A stretch of DNA of 64,000 bases from Acidobacteriota bacterium (GTDB taxonomy: Bacteria > Acidobacteriota > UBA890 > WLXD01), in assembly GCA_963666055.2 (NCBI GenBank), contig CAXWPH010000014.1:128001-192000 (forward strand), read 5' to 3'. Under the pieces are notes generated by a model that was not told the DNA's origin, searched no databases, and saw only the letters and a list, made by a program, of their open reading frames with translations. Both the position numbers and the translations under genes were made by a program. Below are positions 60,204 through 64,000 of the stretch, one piece after another. How positions within the stretch are numbered: position 1 is the first letter of the stretch; each line of letters begins with the position of its first letter.

Positions 60204-60227
60204 CTAGCGCCCCGGCCGGGGCGCTAG
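60204..60227. repeat. Perfect 24-bp palindrome bounded by CTAG
   Basis: CTAGCGCCCCGG|CCGGGGCGCTAG is its own reverse complement. Confidence 0.75.
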
Positions 60228-60244
60228 CATCCTGAGTCAGGACA

Positions 60245-60264
60245 CTAACAGGCCGTATGGCCTG

Positions 60265-60268
<4 letters not shown>
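60245..60268. repeat. Minimal family-A remnant (terminal ends only) at the rel stop codon
   Basis: CTAA-CAGGCC-GTAT-GGCCTG-CTAG reproduces both ends of family A. Confidence 0.6.
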
Positions 60269-62457
<2,189 letters not shown>

Positions 62458-62594
62458 GGAACTCGGGATTGCGGCATCGCACGGGGCGGCCCATGAGGGA
62501 TCCCGGCGCCCGGGACAGGCGCCGCTACGTCAGGATACCACCGAAACCGTGGCGATCGGCTTGGCGGCCGCGGCTGTCGCAGCCCCACCTGGGG

Positions 62595-63752
62595 TCAGCG
62601 TCGACGCCGGGCCTGCTCGCGCGACTGCCACTCATAGACCAGCGGGCTGGCGATAAAGAGCGACGAGTAGGTCCCTACCAACACTCCCACGAGCAAGGCG
62701 AAGGAGAAGTCGTTGATCACCGGGCCGCCGTAAAGGAACACTGAGATCACCACGATCAACGTGGTCGTCGAGGTGAGTAGCGTTCGGGAAAGCGTTTGGT
62801 TCAAACTGATGTTGATTCGCTCGTAGAGCAACGTCCGACGCAGCACGCTGGTGTTCTCGCGGACGCGGTCGAAGACCACGACGGTGTCGTTGAGCGAATA
62901 ACCGACGATGGTGAGGAACGCCGCTACGACCGGCAAGTTGAACTCTCGACCTGTAATCACGAAGGCGCCGAGCACCACCAACACGTCGTGAACCAACGCC
63001 GCGACCGCCGCGACCCCGAACTTGAACTCGAATCGATAGCTGATGTAGGCGAGCATTCCGAACAACGCCCAGACCACCGCCTGAATCGTCCGTCGCCTCA
63101 AATCGTCCCCCACTTGCGGGCTGACTGACTGACTGTCGCGAATCGTGAAGCCGCCGAGGTGGGCCTGCGAGCGCAAGCTGTCGAGTACCGTGACATCGAG
63201 CCCAGCCCCGACTAGCGCGTCCCAATCGGTGAACAGGCCCACCGTTCGCTTAGCGTCCAATACCAGCTGAGCCTGGGCTTGATAGGCAGTCTGAGCGCTC
63301 TCGAGACCGCCATCGAGGTCGAGCTGTAGCGGATTGTTCTCCATGAACAAATCCAGCAACTGGTCACGACCAGCCATGTTCAGGTCGAGTCGTGACTCAC
63401 TGGAGTCGCTCAGGCTGCGGAAAGCCTCGGTGATCGCCGCCACCGCAACGTCCAACGCCTCCCCCTCCTCGACCCTTGGAGTGCGCACCAGAATCTCGTT
63501 CGAACCCTGCTCGAACTCCTGGATGGTGGCCTCGGCCAGGCCCGATTCGGTCAGCGCGCGACGCAACGCGACGAGGTCGGGAGGCTGGGCGAACTTCGCC
63601 ACGATCTGTGATCCGCCGGCGAAATCGATGCCCAGGACCGGGCCTCGCACGAAGAAGGAGGCAAGCCCTGCGCCGATCACGATCGCCGAGGCAACCAGGG
63701 CGATGTGGCGCTTCCCGAGAAAGTCGAAGTGGGTGCTGCGGAGAAACCGCAT
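62595..63752 (-). CDS. secF: Protein translocase subunit SecF
   Basis: LGIDFAGG, VSPQVG, YISYRFE, ALVHDV, VGYSLNDTVVVFDRVREN, QTLSRT and VGTYSS. Confidence 0.95.
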   Translation of the reverse strand: MRFLRSTHFDFLGKRHIALVASAIVIGAGLASFFVRGPVLGIDFAGGSQIVAKFAQPPDLVALRRALTESGLAEATIQEFEQGSNEILVRTPRVEEGEALDVAVAAITEAFRSLSDSSESRLDLNMAGRDQLLDLFMENNPLQLDLDGGLESAQTAYQAQAQLVLDAKRTVGLFTDWDALVGAGLDVTVLDSLRSQAHLGGFTIRDSQSVSPQVGDDLRRRTIQAVVWALFGMLAYISYRFEFKFGVAAVAALVHDVLVVLGAFVITGREFNLPVVAAFLTIVGYSLNDTVVVFDRVRENTSVLRRTLLYERINISLNQTLSRTLLTSTTTLIVVISVFLYGGPVINDFSFALLVGVLVGTYSSLFIASPLVYEWQSREQARRRR

Positions 63753-63763
63753 CGAACCGCCGT

Positions 63764-64000
63764 TCAGATGCTGAGCGCCCGCGGGCGCTGTCGGGTCCAC
63801 AAGTCGAAGATCACTCTCGAGACAAAGATCGCGGTAAACATCGACGCCAGGATGCCGATCGAGATCGTTACCGCGAAGCCTTTCACCGGGCCGGTACCGA
63901 ACTGGAAGAGGAACACGGCGGCGATCAACGTCGTGATGTTGGCGTCGACGATGGCCGAGAATGCCTTGGCGAAGCCGGAATCGATCGACGCGCGTGCCGT
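63764..64000 (-). CDS. secD: Protein translocase subunit SecD, C-terminal fragment
   Basis: Translated by hand: [57 protein letters not shown]. Confidence 0.93.
   Translation of the reverse strand, partial: TARASIDSGFAKAFSAIVDANITTLIAAVFLFQFGTGPVKGFAVTISIGILASMFTAIFVSRVIFDLWTRQRPRALSI

Overview
GC-rich (visually about 65-68%) bacterial chromosomal segment. Gene content and order are compatible with an Acidobacteriota-like organism, but this is not proven. It is mostly housekeeping operons on the minus strand: secDF-rel-ridA; pilMNOPQ plus two lipoproteins-Xaa-Pro peptidase-accBC-thiE; NSS transporter plus small subunit-aroA-aroK; comEA-pseudopilin; gcvT-H-PA-PB-racemase-aroB; lpxB-msbA-DUF374; yicC-gmk-rpoZ-coaBC-UDG-priA-guaA-dnaE-orf-accA-recJ. 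On the plus strand are thrC-tatAC, a glycosyltransferase cluster, proS and an acyl-CoA dehydrogenase. A small catabolic patch holds a PQQ quinohemoprotein, an M20 amidohydrolase, an SDR and a ureohydrolase. Several essential genes carry single-base frameshifts that look like long-read assembly errors. The most unusual signal is non-coding: two families of about 280-bp CTAG-flanked, transposase-free elements (20076-20355, 20352-20629, 39033-39311, a half-deleted copy at 49068-49241, remnants at 538 and 60245). They share a T-shaped fold (terminal inverted repeat closing two hairpin arms) and one conserved arm motif, their ends co-vary, and they sit on TAG stop codons or between a Shine-Dalgarno sequence and its start codon. 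A second unexplained signal is a 150-bp, 74% AT island with a 10-bp periodic motif (47451-47600).
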